A stretch of DNA of 64,000 nt from Plasmodiophora brassicae (Eukaryota), in assembly GCA_036867785.1 (NCBI GenBank), contig CP145426.1, positions 682,001-746,000 on the forward strand. The letters are read 5' to 3'. The translations under genes and the position numbers were made by a program. A model generated the notes under the pieces. It saw only the letters and a program-made list of their open reading frames with translations. It was not told where the DNA came from and searched no databases. This document shows positions 1-11,762 of this stretch, piece by piece (positions within the stretch are counted from its first letter, which is position 1; each line of letters starts with the position of its first letter).

Positions 1-3000
1 GATGCCTGACGTTGTTCAGCTTGGTGAGATGTGCGCGGCAAAGAAAGCTGACCATGTTCAGAATGAGCATGACGGTCTCGACCTGTTTCTCTTTCGAGGC
101 GAACGTCAGCACGACGAGTATGCCGTGCCACGCCGAATGGATGCTGCTGATGTGTACGGGGACCAGCCCCGCCAGGCACGCTATGACACGATGCCACAGC
201 GTCGACGAGTGCCGGGCGCCCCTGGACAAACGTTGGAGGCCTGTCCTCAGACACGAACGGGTCCGATTCACTGACATGATCGAAACGAAGACGTCGACGA
301 ACTGCCCCTGAAGCTTCGCCACCTGCGACGACGCACGTCAGCGCCCGGCCGGGCTAAACGAGGGGAACGGTGCGGCGAACCTCAGCAGACGCTTGCCTGC
401 TAAACGCTGCGTCCAGGATCGTGCCAACCGCATTGATAACCTTCTCGGCTTGCTTGGTCGGCGACTGATTACAAGCCTGCGCTCAGCGCGACGTTCGTTA
501 ACGACCTCAACCATGGGTGGACGCGCGCTGGCGAACGCAACCTGGACGAAATGCATGCGGACGATGGCCCACATCTGCAGGATCGTGTCGACGTCGCGGT
601 CCAGGTTCAGGATGACGATCTTCGCGATCCGATCGATCGTCTGCGTGCCGCCCAGGGCCAGCTCCTGCGTCGAGATGGCGCAGATGGACACGCAGTAGTG
701 AATGAACGCCCCCTGCGGCAACTTCGGCGTCGCCAGGTAGACCGACTGCAGGTGTTCCATCAGGGCGCGGTCGATGGCCGGGCTTCGTTCCAGATTCCAC
801 AGGAACTGCAGGACCGCCTCCCACGACTCGTCCAGGTCGCGGCCGTGGTTCAGCCCCAGGTCCAGGACAATCTCGATCACGTATCGGTGCGATGCAGTCA
901 GGGACGACGTCGTGCCCGACACCATTGTCGCGGGCGCGAACAGCTTCGTGCTGCGCCCGCCTTTGTCAGATGCTGGCCACGGTCACAACAACGCGCCACG
1001 AACGATACCTGTTGACAAGCGACTGCACGAAGGCGGTCCGGGCGACAACGGCGCCCATGGCCATTGACAGGAGGACAAACTCGCGGTACGAATCGATACA
1101 CCGTCGCCAGGTCTCAGCATCCAGGGCACAGTGCTCGGTAGCGACGCCGAGAGCGGCGAGCGCGGGCGGCCACCCGTTGACGAGCAGCGTTGCAATGCCC
1201 TCCTTGGCCGTGGACAAATCGATCGACGTTCGAGCGGACCGCAACGCGCGGCCCTCGTTCAGGACAAACACGGGCTGATCCAGAGGGCCAGGTGACGCTG
1301 GCGGCCGAGTGACCGGAGGGGGCGGTGACGATTCCGGTAGCAGGTGCAGCCCGATGCCAACGCCACTGTCTCGACGCAGAGGCGCATCCGGTGAGGTCGT
1401 AATGGATTCTAGATCGGGGGCCCCGGTAAGCGCGCCGCCAGTGCACGGGACAGGCCAGCGCGCATACGAATAAACTTGCGAAGTGACGCGGCAATCAGGC
1501 CGAGAGCGCGAACCGCCTGGACGATAACGGGATGGGCCCTGCTGGACGACGACGAGCTCTGCTCCACAGCGCTGGATATGGCGCCCTGCATGGGCCACAT
1601 AAACGTTGGTTACCGACCACAAGATCATCAACCACACGTCGCTCACCTGAAGCATCTTCAGTACCGACGTGAATAGTTTCGCAGCCGACGGGTGCGACGC
1701 ACGCGGGATGAACAAGTCGCCGAGGACCTGTGGGCGAAACGACAGGTACGCCAGCAGCTCCAGCAAGATCAGCACATGAGATTCCTGGCGCAACGACCCT
1801 GCAAGGACGGTTACACACACGCACACGTCATCGTACGTCGTGGGAACACTGCCCCCGGACCGGACCTTCCAGGACGACGCTCATCAGATGGTTGACGGCT
1901 AGGGCCAGCCCGTTCGGCAACGTTCGCGAAAAGCTCTCCGCAATCGAGCCTGCACGGTACACCCGTCAACATGCCATACCCCGGTTGCAAAGAGGACAGC
2001 AGAGCATACCCAGAACGGAAACGGCAAGACGGAAGTCCCGCGCCGATGGGGACACACAGTGCGAGATGAACGGGCCGACCAGGTACTCCTAGCGGGCAAC
2101 GACGGATCAGGCACCCGGGTTCAACCCGGTTCGGCGGGAGCGCACCTACGTTCAGCACTTCGGCCACAACGGGGTTCGACCGGAACCGGGGCCCGGCATT
2201 ACGAAGTATGAGGAGGATCATCTCGCGGGCAAACGTCTGCTGGCGGACGTCCGGCCCTGCGAAAGGGTTCGTCAGGGGGCAGCGAAGGGGAACACCCGTG
2301 CTCGATTGCCCACCGTCGACGTACGGAACGATGCGTTTCATGCTGAGGCGCAGGATCGTTCGCAGCGCGGTCAGGACTTCCTGGATCATGTCAGGTGGGG
2401 ACGAAATCGGCGCCGACTCTTCGCCCAGCTCGATGGCGACCGTGTCAACCAGGTTCCGCACAACGTTGGCCACGTCCGCCTGCGACGAACGCGAATAAGC
2501 CGCTGGAGCGCGACAGACGCCGTCGACCAGAGGGGTACCTCATCCGCCGGCCTCACCGGCAACGTTTCGTACCGGTCGACCATCGTAGTCAGGATCTGTG
2601 TCAACGTCGCTGACGCCATCGCCTGGTTCTGCGCGTTGTCGTTCCGCGAGTACACGTCGAAGCAAGTGCGGACGCAGACGACAACGGAGTCCAGATGCAT
2701 TCGACTTGTCGTCGACGACGCGGCCGTCAGGACAACCTGTCGACGACGCCGTGGCCACGTCAGCAATCGGGCGCGCCGCACGTTGACGGTGCCGAGCGCA
2801 CGAACCTTCAGGCCATGGTTCTTCACCGTGTTGTTCGCCGTTGCAATGGCAGGATGCACGACGGACAGCACCTACCGTAGGGACGACGTGAGCCACCCGC
2901 AACGGGACGCGCAGCGCCGACCGGCAGACCTCATCGACGGTGACGAGGTCGGTCGGCGAATCGATGCTGATGTCGTGGACGGAAATGACGGCGTTCTTGG

Positions 3001-3223
3001 CCAGGAGCTGGTTGAACGTGTCCAGGGCGATCTCGACGAGCGCGTTCGACTGGGAGGCGACGGCCGCGGACAGCCCGTCGAACACGGCCTTGGTCAGACG
3101 GGGCTGGCCCCGGATCGCCGCCAGCGACGCCTGCGCGGCACCCTTGATCGCCCCCTGGCGCCATCCGCACGTGCGCACGATGCGATTCAGCCCGTCTTCG
3201 GCGACGGCAGCAGCGGCCGCCAT
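1..3223 (-). CDS. Large ARF-GEF scaffold-like protein (BIG/Sec7/Mon2 family: DCB-HUS-HDS domains), multi-exon, runs off the window start
   Basis: ATG at 3223 (MAAAAAVAEDG). DCB-like VRTCFDVYSRNDNAQNQAMASATLTQI; HDS1-like GRDLDESWEAVLQFLWNLE; HDS2-like AFIHYCVSICAISTQEL...IDRIAKIVILNLDR...MWAIVRMHF. ORF pieces are joined by short introns. Confidence 0.75.
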
Positions 3224-3619
3224 CCTATCCCAGGCCGCGGAACGACGCTCGACGGGTTCTGGTGGTGGCCGTCCCCCACTGACCCTCATTCCACGGGTCA
3301 GACGGAGAGCGCGCCCGTTTTTGCTCCGGTCCACGGGGACGCACTCTGCGGGAGCGGACATTTCCGACTGCGGGACTGCACTGAACTGCACGTCGTCTGG
3401 CAGTCATCCGCCCCCGAACACCGCGGCACCTTGTCGATAGGGTCCACGTCGTCCGGCGCAAGCTTGCGCAGCGCCAGCACCAGCGGTGGGACACCTGCCT
3501 TCGTCCATCACGCAGCCGATCGTTATTTATAAAGGTAACCAGAGGACTCGGACGCGTCAGCAGCGGCGTCGCCGCCACATCGCCCGATGTGCACCTGGAA
3601 CGCGCGACTCGGTCTACCC

Positions 3620-4429
3620 TTAGGAATGCTGTGCTGCTGCGGGCGACGCGACCGGCCGGCGAATGGCCGGCGGCCGCACCTGCCGCTGGTACCGCCTGGC
3701 GGACGACAGCTGCTGGATGGCGGGGCACTGCGGCGACGGTGGGCGATACGCCCGTCGCCTCAACGCCGCCGAGTCGCGCCACGACAGCGCACCGCTCTGG
3801 ATCTGCCTCAGCAGGTCGTCGCCGGCGCCGCCTTCCCATGAGGCGCCCGCCGCCGCCGCATGCCGCTCCCCGCTCGTCTTCGCCGTGTCGCGATCGCCTT
3901 CGCCGACGTCGGGCAGGACTTGGCCCAGGTTGCCTGGGGCGAACACGTGTGGCGGGTCGACATGCCGCAGCCGTTTCATCTGGTCCAGGATCATCGCCAG
4001 CAGCGGGCTGACGCCTTCGGGCGCAGGCGCCGGTCGGCAGACGACCCGGCCGACCGGGAACGGTGGCACGACGACCGGCGCGGCAACGGGCCGTAATCGA
4101 ACGCAGCGGATCCGGTCGGCCAGGGACGGGGGCGGCCCAGGCGGCAACGGGGGCGGCATACGCGCCCGCGACCGGTGCACGATGATCCGGTGGATCGCGT
4201 CGAGGCGGTCGGTCAGCGACATGGACGGCGGCGGGTGCACGCCCAGGTGCGCCTCGATGTCGGCGACGTGCGCCTGGGCGGTCAGGTGGTCCTGGTGCAG
4301 GCGCCGCGCGTGCTCGCAGATGAACGCCAGGCGCGCCCGCGACGACAGCAACGCGCCGCCGCCCGGTACCGGCAGGCACAACGACGACTCGAGCTGGTGC
4401 AGGTCGCGCGACGACAGCGACATCGACAT
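3620..4429 (-). CDS. Proline-rich protein with WH2-like (actin monomer-binding) motifs
   Basis: 269-aa ORF with PPPLPPGPPP followed by SLADRIRCVRLRPV, LLAMILDQMKRLRHV and DLLRQIQSG...LRR. Confidence 0.55.
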   Translation of the reverse strand: MSMSLSSRDLHQLESSLCLPVPGGGALLSSRARLAFICEHARRLHQDHLTAQAHVADIEAHLGVHPPPSMSLTDRLDAIHRIIVHRSRARMPPPLPPGPPPSLADRIRCVRLRPVAAPVVVPPFPVGRVVCRPAPAPEGVSPLLAMILDQMKRLRHVDPPHVFAPGNLGQVLPDVGEGDRDTAKTSGERHAAAAGASWEGGAGDDLLRQIQSGALSWRDSAALRRRAYRPPSPQCPAIQQLSSARRYQRQVRPPAIRRPVASPAAAQHS

Positions 4430-4529
4430 TGTTTGGCCCAGGACGAGACAGTGGGCGAGAGCGCGCGCGCGCCGATCGAGGCGGCGTACCCTGTTGTTTA
4501 ATGATGGACGGGTGACGTGTAACGCAGGC

Positions 4530-6138
4530 CTACTCCTCGCCGATCTCGAACCGCTCCTGACGCGACCGGCGCGCCTTCTGCACCAGCAGGTCGCCGCCGT
4601 CGTCGTCGACCTGCAGGTCCAGCTCGAACTCGTCGTCGACGTCGCGATCGGTTATCTGCTCGGCGTAGGCGATGGAGCGCGTGTGGGGCCCCGGGCGCCA
4701 CAGGGCGGCGATGCCGAGCAGGACGGCGAAGTACAGGACCTGTGGAAACCCGTCGTACAGCAGGTACGTGAACTGCCAGTATCGCAGCTGGAGCGCCTGC
4801 TCGACAAAGTATCTGTCCGACGTGGTCAGCAACGTCGTCCTCCACATACGCGCTGGCCTACATGCGGAAGGCGCCGAACAGGCAGGCGACGACGAGCGCG
4901 GCGATCAGCAGCGCAGAGAACGACCACATGATGTCGTGCTTGGCGATTTGGTGCCTGTGTGGGCGGGTCCCGTTGGCGACTGCCGATGCGCTAGAGGCGG
5001 CGCCCCGATCGACGTACCTGGTGTGTAGGTCGTCGAGCGTGTCGCTGAGGGACGCGAACGTCCACCAGTAGAAGGCGGCGTCCATCAGCGTGACCGGCAC
5101 CATCAGCAGCAGCGTCGTCTGCGACGGGGACGCCGCACCGCGCACCGTCGCCATGTGCAGGCTCAGCTGGAGCAGCGCCTCGAGGACGGCGAACAGCGCG
5201 CCGGCCGCCAGGATACGATTCGTGGATCGCCCCAGCGACGGTTTGCTGACGCCGAACCCCATGCTGACGGCGACGACCAGCATCCTGGAGACGGCGCGGC
5301 GCACGGATCCGGCGACGAGCGACACGGCGAACAGCGCCATGGGGCGGTCGCCGGTGCGGTTGAACGTGCCGTAGTACGTCATCCACGAGAACGACTCGAT
5401 CAGGCACAGGACGAGGACGACCGAGATCGCGTGCTGCACCTGCATGACCTGCGTCCGATGACGAACGTTCATCAGGAGCCAGGCGGCGCCCAGGGCCAGG
5501 TACGCGAACGACAGCGCCGTGTAGAATTGCACGTACGGGTAGTCTAGCGAGCAACGTGCACGTCAGCGGGTGCATGGCGGCGGCGGGCGGGTCGCAGTAC
5601 CGATAGGGCTCAGCATGCCGGTCGGGTGCCGGACGACGACGGTTCCAGACATGGTGGCCGACATGGGCGCGAAGGCCGTGTCGGCGTTCGGGCACACGCC
5701 CACAATCATCATGACGAAGCGCGTGTCGGCGACGCTCGCCTTCGTGTACCAGGCGGTGCCGTCGACGACGTCCTCGGCGTAGACGCTGACCAGGGCCGGG
5801 TTGAAGACCAGGTGCCCCGGGCGATTGCACAGCTTCGACTCGTACAGGTCGCTGTCGCAGCAGACGTGCGCGCGCCCGTTCAGCTTCAGGCCGAGCGCGT
5901 CCCGTATGCCGGGCAGGTCGCCCGGGCGCATACCGATGACGGCGACCGAGATCGGGACGGGCGCCGCCGCCGGTTGCCCGTCGAACCGGACGTTCACCGT
6001 CACGGTCGCATTGTCGCCGTCGTCGGGCGCCACCAGCGACAGGCCAAAGTCGACCAGCGACCCGCGGTCGATCGGCTCCGCCTCGTACGTGAACGTCTCC
6101 GCCGCGGCCAGCGACGCCCACAGCAGCCAGAGCCACAT
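4530..6138 (-). CDS. TMEM87: Lung seven-TM receptor family membrane protein (TMEM87/GPR107-like), multi-exon
   Basis: Signal peptide MWLWLLWASLAAA; luminal domain with VCCDSDL; TM region with QVQHAISVVL, RRAVSRMLVVAVSMGFGVSKPSL and ALWRPGPHTRSIAYAEQI. Confidence 0.85.
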
Positions 6139-6261
6139 TCGACTGTCAACGCTGTGTCGTCGTCTGGCCGGTCACGTGAACAACGGGACAGGGTCACAGA
6201 GGAGGGGGTCGCTCTACGCGGAACACGTGTTGCTGTGTATTGCATTCAACGACGACGCGGG

Positions 6262-7261
6262 TTAGCGGCGACGGCAGGCGGCCAGCGCATCGTCACGATG
6301 GTGCTGGGCGGCCGTCTGGGCGCAGAGCTGACGGTCCCTGGCGCCGGCGCGCAGCAACACGTCGATCACGTCGACGTGGCCATGGGCGGCCGCCCGGATC
6401 AGGGCGGTCTCCCCGTGCCGGTTGGCGCGGTTGACGTCGGCGTGTCGGGCCACGCAGGCGTGCACGACGTCCAGGCGCCCGTTGGCCGCCGCCAGGTGCA
6501 GGGGCGTGTCGCCGTTGCCGTCTCCCCGGTCCAGGTCGGCGTTCGCGCGATATAGTATGTCAACGACGAAGACGTGCCCCTGCGTAGACTAGCTTGTGAT
6601 GCGCCCGTTTGGAAAGAGAGGGTGTGAGCGCGGGTACCTTCTCTGCCGCGAGGTGGATCGGCGTCCTGCCGCCGGCGTCAGCGGGATCGGCGTCGGCCCC
6701 GTAGTCGAGCAGGGTCAGCGTGGACGCCATGCGGCCCCTGGAGGCGGCCGCGTGCATCGGCGTACGACGCGCCGGCGTGGACAACGAGTTGACGTCGGCG
6801 CCCGACCCGATCAGCTCGTGCATGCACAGGATGTGGCTGCCGCGTGCCGCGAGGTAGAGCGCGGTGACGCCGTCGTGCAGCACGTCGACAGGGACGGCGC
6901 CGGCGCTGAGCAGGGCGCGGACGACGTACTCGTGGCCGTTGGCGGCCGCCAGGTGCAGGCAGCCGGTGAAGTCAGCGCCGTGCTCGAACAGGACGTCGAT
7001 GATGTGATCGAACCCGTCCCTGGAGGCGATCTTCGCCGCGGAGGCCAGCGCGCGCTCGTCGGTCCGCAGGCAGGATCCCTTGAGCAACGACGTGACACGA
7101 GATGTCGACCCCGTCTTGACCGCATCCAGCAGCGCCTTGGGCGGGTCGTGCCGGCAAGGAACGTCACCTGCGAACGCCTGCGTGAACCACGCCGGAAGGC
7201 TGAACGCATTGCCCGCTGCCATCGCCAGCGCCAAGCAGGCCAGCACGCGAAGGGTCGCCAT
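6262..7261 (-). CDS. Secreted ankyrin-repeat protein (2 exons)
   Basis: Signal peptide MATLRVLACLALAMAAGNA; repeats LHLAAANGH, TALYLAARGSH, TPMHAAASRG, TPIHLAAE, TPLHLAAANG, TALIRAAAHGH; intron ~6580-6637. Confidence 0.85.
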
Positions 7262-7574
7262 CGTTGCGAACTGATACTGGCGCCGGTCGCGTCAATGGCA
7301 ACGGTCGCGGCGACAGGGACCCGCCCTCGTCACACAGTGCGCCCCAGGCCAGTGAGTTGTACATATCTAGGCAGGAGGTCGCAGTACTAAACTGTCACCA
7401 GTGCTAAAACAAGGCGAACTTTCGCAAACGTCGGTCCCCGGTCTGGTTGAACCGGGAGAGCGCAGGCAAGGTGGGCGCCGGCCCTGTGACGAACCATCGC
7501 CGGGATGCCACGTACGTACGTACCGAGGAGAGGCTGCGTCGTCCAGCGGCCGCTGCCTGCCCTGCACAACAACG

Positions 7575-9149
7575 ATGGCGCTGTACAGCGGGCGCAAAGC
7601 CCTGCTGGTCCTGGCGGGCGTCTCCATTGTACAGCCGCTGCTCCTGCTCTGGCTGGGGGGCGTGTTCACATTTACCGACATGGAGGACACGGTCGAGGCG
7701 TTCTATAAAGGGGCCGACCCTGCGCCTTGGGCGCACGACGTCGACCTCCTCGTTCCGATCGCGTCCGCTGAGTCGTCATTCTACGAGGTGACTCGCCTGC
7801 TGATATGGTCGGCGTTGCTGTTCTGGCCGCGCCGGCACTTCCGCCTCGTCATCGTCACCGATGAGGAAGACCCGGAGACGCCCTCGGTCATGAACCAAAC
7901 GATGCACTACGCCAGGGGGCACCAGGCTGTCCGGAATATCGAGTTCCGGAACAACACGCTGGCGTTCAAGCAGTCGGGTCAAGGTCGGGCCCGACGCGGC
8001 GCTCTCGCCCATGTAGCATACGTTGCTGAGCCGCTCTGCACAGAGCGTCAGCAGTGGATCATGTTCTGGGCCGACAACTTCACCGACGCCGAGTACATCG
8101 GCCTGGTGGACACCGACACGGTCGTCACCAGCCGCATCCTGTACGAGGACATATTCGCAGAGGGTGATCGACCGCGCGTGCGGGTCGTCTACGGCCCACC
8201 ATTATGCTCCCCGTGTAGGATGAGGCGACGCGCGTGGGGGGCCGTTCGTCGAACTAAGCCGAATGCGCTGTCAGGGATCGAGACGCCGCAGGGGACGCTG
8301 TTCGCGACCGGATTCAAGGAGAAGTTCAAGGGCATGTCGCAGTTCCCGGTGGTGGTGAAACGCGCCCACCTGCACTCGTTCCGGGAGCACATCCGCCTGC
8401 ACCTGAACATGACGACGTTCGACGACGCCGTCGAGCTGCTGGTCTCCAAGAAGACGAGCTTGCTGTGGTTCGCGCAGTTCAACCTGATCGTCAACGTCCT
8501 GTACGAACTGTTCTACGACGACTACGTCTGGCATGTGTTCCGGCGGGAGCCCGGGTGGGATGGCCCAGGGCCCCTGGGCCAAGTTGCCAACGTAGGTTCC
8601 CCCCGCAGCTGCTGGACAGCGTCGTCGTGTACTGAGTGGCCCACTGATTGCGCACAGCTGGCCGAGGCCAATCTACGGCCGCAGGACATGCTGCTGTGGC
8701 CCCACGTCTGCATGCACTGGTCGTACAGGCCGACCAGCATCCCCCAGACGAACAAGCAGTTCGTCAAGCTCATGCGCGAAGGCCACTGTCACGGGCTGCG
8801 GAACGCCACGTTGCGATCGGGCGACGCGCCGTGGTACTGCGCCGACATCCGCGTCGCCGAGCGCCCCTGGGTCCGGCCCTGTTCGGATGCGGACCGACGA
8901 CGTCGCGGGTCTGACCGCATCGCAGATCGAATGGCTGTTCGAATTCGACTTCTTCTACGACGTCCCCGGCAACGACGACGCGCATCGGCGCCGTCGCCAC
9001 ATCATCGAGACCATCGCAGGTGCGTACCGGTGGAGGGGCCCGCGCACGCAGCGCAGACGGTTTTTCAACGCGTCGCAGACCACGAATGGGACCCCGCCCT
9101 GCTACGCCTGCTCGAGCAGCAGCCCGAGCCGACCCTCCTCAAAGAATAA
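7575..9149 (+). CDS. Type II membrane protein, putative GT-A-fold glycosyltransferase, multi-exon
   Basis: N-terminal TM (KALLVLAGVSIVQPLLLLWLGGVF); QQWIMFWADNFTDAEYIGLVDTD with a DxD motif; several short introns. Confidence 0.55.
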   Translation: MALYSGRKALLVLAGVSIVQPLLLLWLGGVFTFTDMEDTVEAFYKGADPAPWAHDVDLLVPIASAESSFYEVTRLLIWSALLFWPRRHFRLVIVTDEEDPETPSVMNQTMHYARGHQAVRNIEFRNNTLAFKQSGQGRARRGALAHVAYVAEPLCTERQQWIMFWADNFTDAEYIGLVDTDTVVTSRILYEDIFAEGDRPRVRVVYGPPLCSPCRMRRRAWGAVRRTKPNALSGIETPQGTLFATGFKEKFKGMSQFPVVVKRAHLHSFREHIRLHLNMTTFDDAVELLVSKKTSLLWFAQFNLIVNVLYELFYDDYVWHVFRREPGWDGPGPLGQVANVGSPRSCWTASSCTEWPTDCAQLAEANLRPQDMLLWPHVCMHWSYRPTSIPQTNKQFVKLMREGHCHGLRNATLRSGDAPWYCADIRVAERPWVRPCSDADRRRRGSDRIADRMAVRIRLLLRRPRQRRRASAPSPHHRDHRRCVPVEGPAHAAQTVFQRVADHEWDPALLRLLEQQPEPTLLKE

Positions 9150-9458
9150 GACGGGACGCCCCCACCCCGCGAGCGGAATACATTATTGGCAGCAGGTGGT
9201 GCGGCCGCGCGCTCTCGCAACATGTTCGTGTGCGCGACGGGCGCCCCAGTCGGAGCTGCACCGGGGTCGACTGTGGGCTGCAAACGGCCGGCTGCAGTTC
9301 CCGGCGGCAGCCGCGGAGGGACGTTGGCCCCGGGGACATACGAAAAAATCGCCGCGGCGACACGCGCGGTCCCCGATGCCGTCATTTTCCAATTTGGGGT
9401 GGCGGACCGACCCGGGACGGGGGCTGCCGCCGCTGCTGCTGCTGCTGCTGCTGTCGTC

Positions 9459-11559
9459 ATGTTGACGCGCGTCGTCTGGGGCGTCGGCATCTGGGTGGCC
9501 ACGGTCGTCCTGCGCACGCTGGCGTCGTGGCTGGTGGCGCTGCTGCCGAGTTTCGGGGGCGTGCCGGCCGCCCCGCGCACGGACGCCGGCCGCGACCTCG
9601 GCTTCACCATGTTCGCCGTGACGCCGCCGATCCTGCCCGACCTGTTCATCATCGTCGGGACGATCGCCACGCTCATGGCCGTGTCGAAACGCGATCGCAC
9701 CGGTGTCCCGTACGGCAATCGCATGACGAACCATGTCGGTGGATGTCGCGTTTGTCGCCCCGGCCGTCGTCGATGACCGCGCCGCCCTTGTAGTTGCTGT
9801 TCTGCGGCGGCGTCATTTGGGTGTTCAGCTCGCAGCTCAGCTTCCTGACGCAGACGGCGTCGCCGTCGGCGGAATGCATGATCGCCGTGCGCCCGCTGAA
9901 CTACGAGCAGTCGCTGTTCGCCCATACGAACTCGCTGCGGCTGTCGTTCCACGCCGCCTACCTGACCATGATCGTCCTCGGCTGGCAAATGTACCACCCG
10001 TCGGTCAATTCCGATTTCAGGTTCGATCGTGGAATCGGATCACGTCGCGCGTTCCTCCGTTTGCTGACGCGTGTGTGCAGCAAACGCCTCCTCATGGCGG
10101 CCTGGATCGTCGCCCTGATCTCCATCATCTCGTCGCGCATCGATTTCACGGCCGACGTCGTCCGCGGCAGCCTGTTCTCGTTCGTCGTCTTCTATTTCTA
10201 CCGGTACATGTGGCCGGAGAAGGTCAACCCGGTCGGCATGACGGTCGGCGCGGACGTCCTGTCAACCGGGGAGCGCGAAATCGTCGGCGTTCCGTCTTCT
10301 ACCAGGGTGTCCCGCAGGCGGTCTGCGAGGCGAAGTTCGCTGACGGCCACGCCGACGGCAACGACGACGACGCCACCGCCGGTGGCGCCAGCGGCGACGC
10401 AGACGTCCCCGCCGCCGCCGACGCCGGCAACGGATCTCCAAGCGGAGATCGCGCGCCAGCGTTCCAATTACCTGGCGCTGCTGCGTCATGCGCTGACGAA
10501 CACCATCTACGAGGACGAGCCGCTCGTCGTCTTCGACTGCACCGACCGGACCAACTTCGTGTCCGTCGGCAAGTACAATATTCGCGTTCGCGAATCGGGC
10601 CTCGACCTGCCCTCCCTGGCCCACTGTTCGTGCGTCGTCCTGTCGTCGTGCGTGGAACGTCGCGTTGACCGTGTGCCTGCTGGCGCAGGTCGCTCCGGGG
10701 GTATGCGCCTGCAAGCGCTCCATCAGTGCGTCGAGAAGGTCCTGGGCGGCAACGTCCCCGGCGACCTCATCGACGTCGGCGTGTGGCGCGGCGGTGAGGC
10801 CATCTACCTACGTGGCGTCCTGAATGCCTACAACTGCCACGACCGCACCGTGTTCGCCGTTGGCACGTTCCGAGGCCCGATCAGCATCCCTACGATGTAC
10901 GTCGCTTGTGCGGGTGGGTGTTGCTGGGCGTCCCTCTCTCGCTCAGCTGCTGTCCACACAGGCTGAAGCGGACGTTGCAATTCTTTTGCAGCATCGTCCC
11001 GATGATCTGGGTCGTCAACGTTCTGTCCGTGCTGACGAGGCTGATCCCGAAGGCGGCCCCGTTCCCGACGGTCGCCGAGCCCGGCAGGAACGGCAGGCAG
11101 CACCAGGCCTGGCTGCAGTTCCGCCTGGCGAATCCCGACGTTCTCGAGCGGAGCACCGTCGGCACCGACATCGTCTCCGTCAAGAACGCGTTCAAACGGT
11201 ACATGGTGTATCACCTGGCGCGCGCACGCACACACACAACGGCTGATCGTGTCGCCGGCAGGTACGATCTGCTCGACCCGCTCGTCGAATGCATTCAGGG
11301 CGACCTGAAGGTGACGCTGTCGCACCTGCACGGGCGGAACCTGTCCCTGATCCGGCTGGGATCCGGTATCAGCGACGCCGACTCGACGCAGGCACTGTCG
11401 CACCTGTACCCGCGGCTGTCCAGCGGCGGGTTCGTCATCGTCGACGACTACGCCGGCGCCATGGCGTCCATCGATCGGTTCAGGGACGAACGGCAGGTGC
11501 GCGACCCGATCGTCTGGATCGACCATCAGTGCGCCATCTGGCGGAAACAGGCCGCATAA
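9459..11559 (+). CDS. Fusion of an IPC/sphingomyelin-synthase-like (PAP2_C) multi-TM domain and a TylF/MycF-type O-methyltransferase domain, multi-exon
   Basis: N-half: RDLGF, FLTQTASPSAEC, LSFH, SRIDFTADV. C-half: NVPGDLIDVGVWRGG and LYPRLSSGGFVIVDDY...WRK. The start could lie further upstream in the same frame. Confidence 0.75.
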
Positions 11560-11762
11560 CGGGGACGCTCTCCGTACCGGTGTTGCCGCGCCGGGTGCCT
11601 CCTCGCCCAGGCCAGACGCGCGTGCGTCTGCGGGGGTTTCCAATCCCGTCTCGTATCTGTTTAACAACGAGTTCACCTATTTCACGAGCGGCTGCCGTCC
11701 CGAACGTAACAGGGTCTCGCCAGGAACAGCACCCGCGCCGGTCTTCTCTTCCAGGAGTTGCT

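Noticed and set aside
9423-9453. GCT/GCC trinucleotide run
   Set aside because: An ordinary microsatellite in a 5' UTR or poly-Ala tract.
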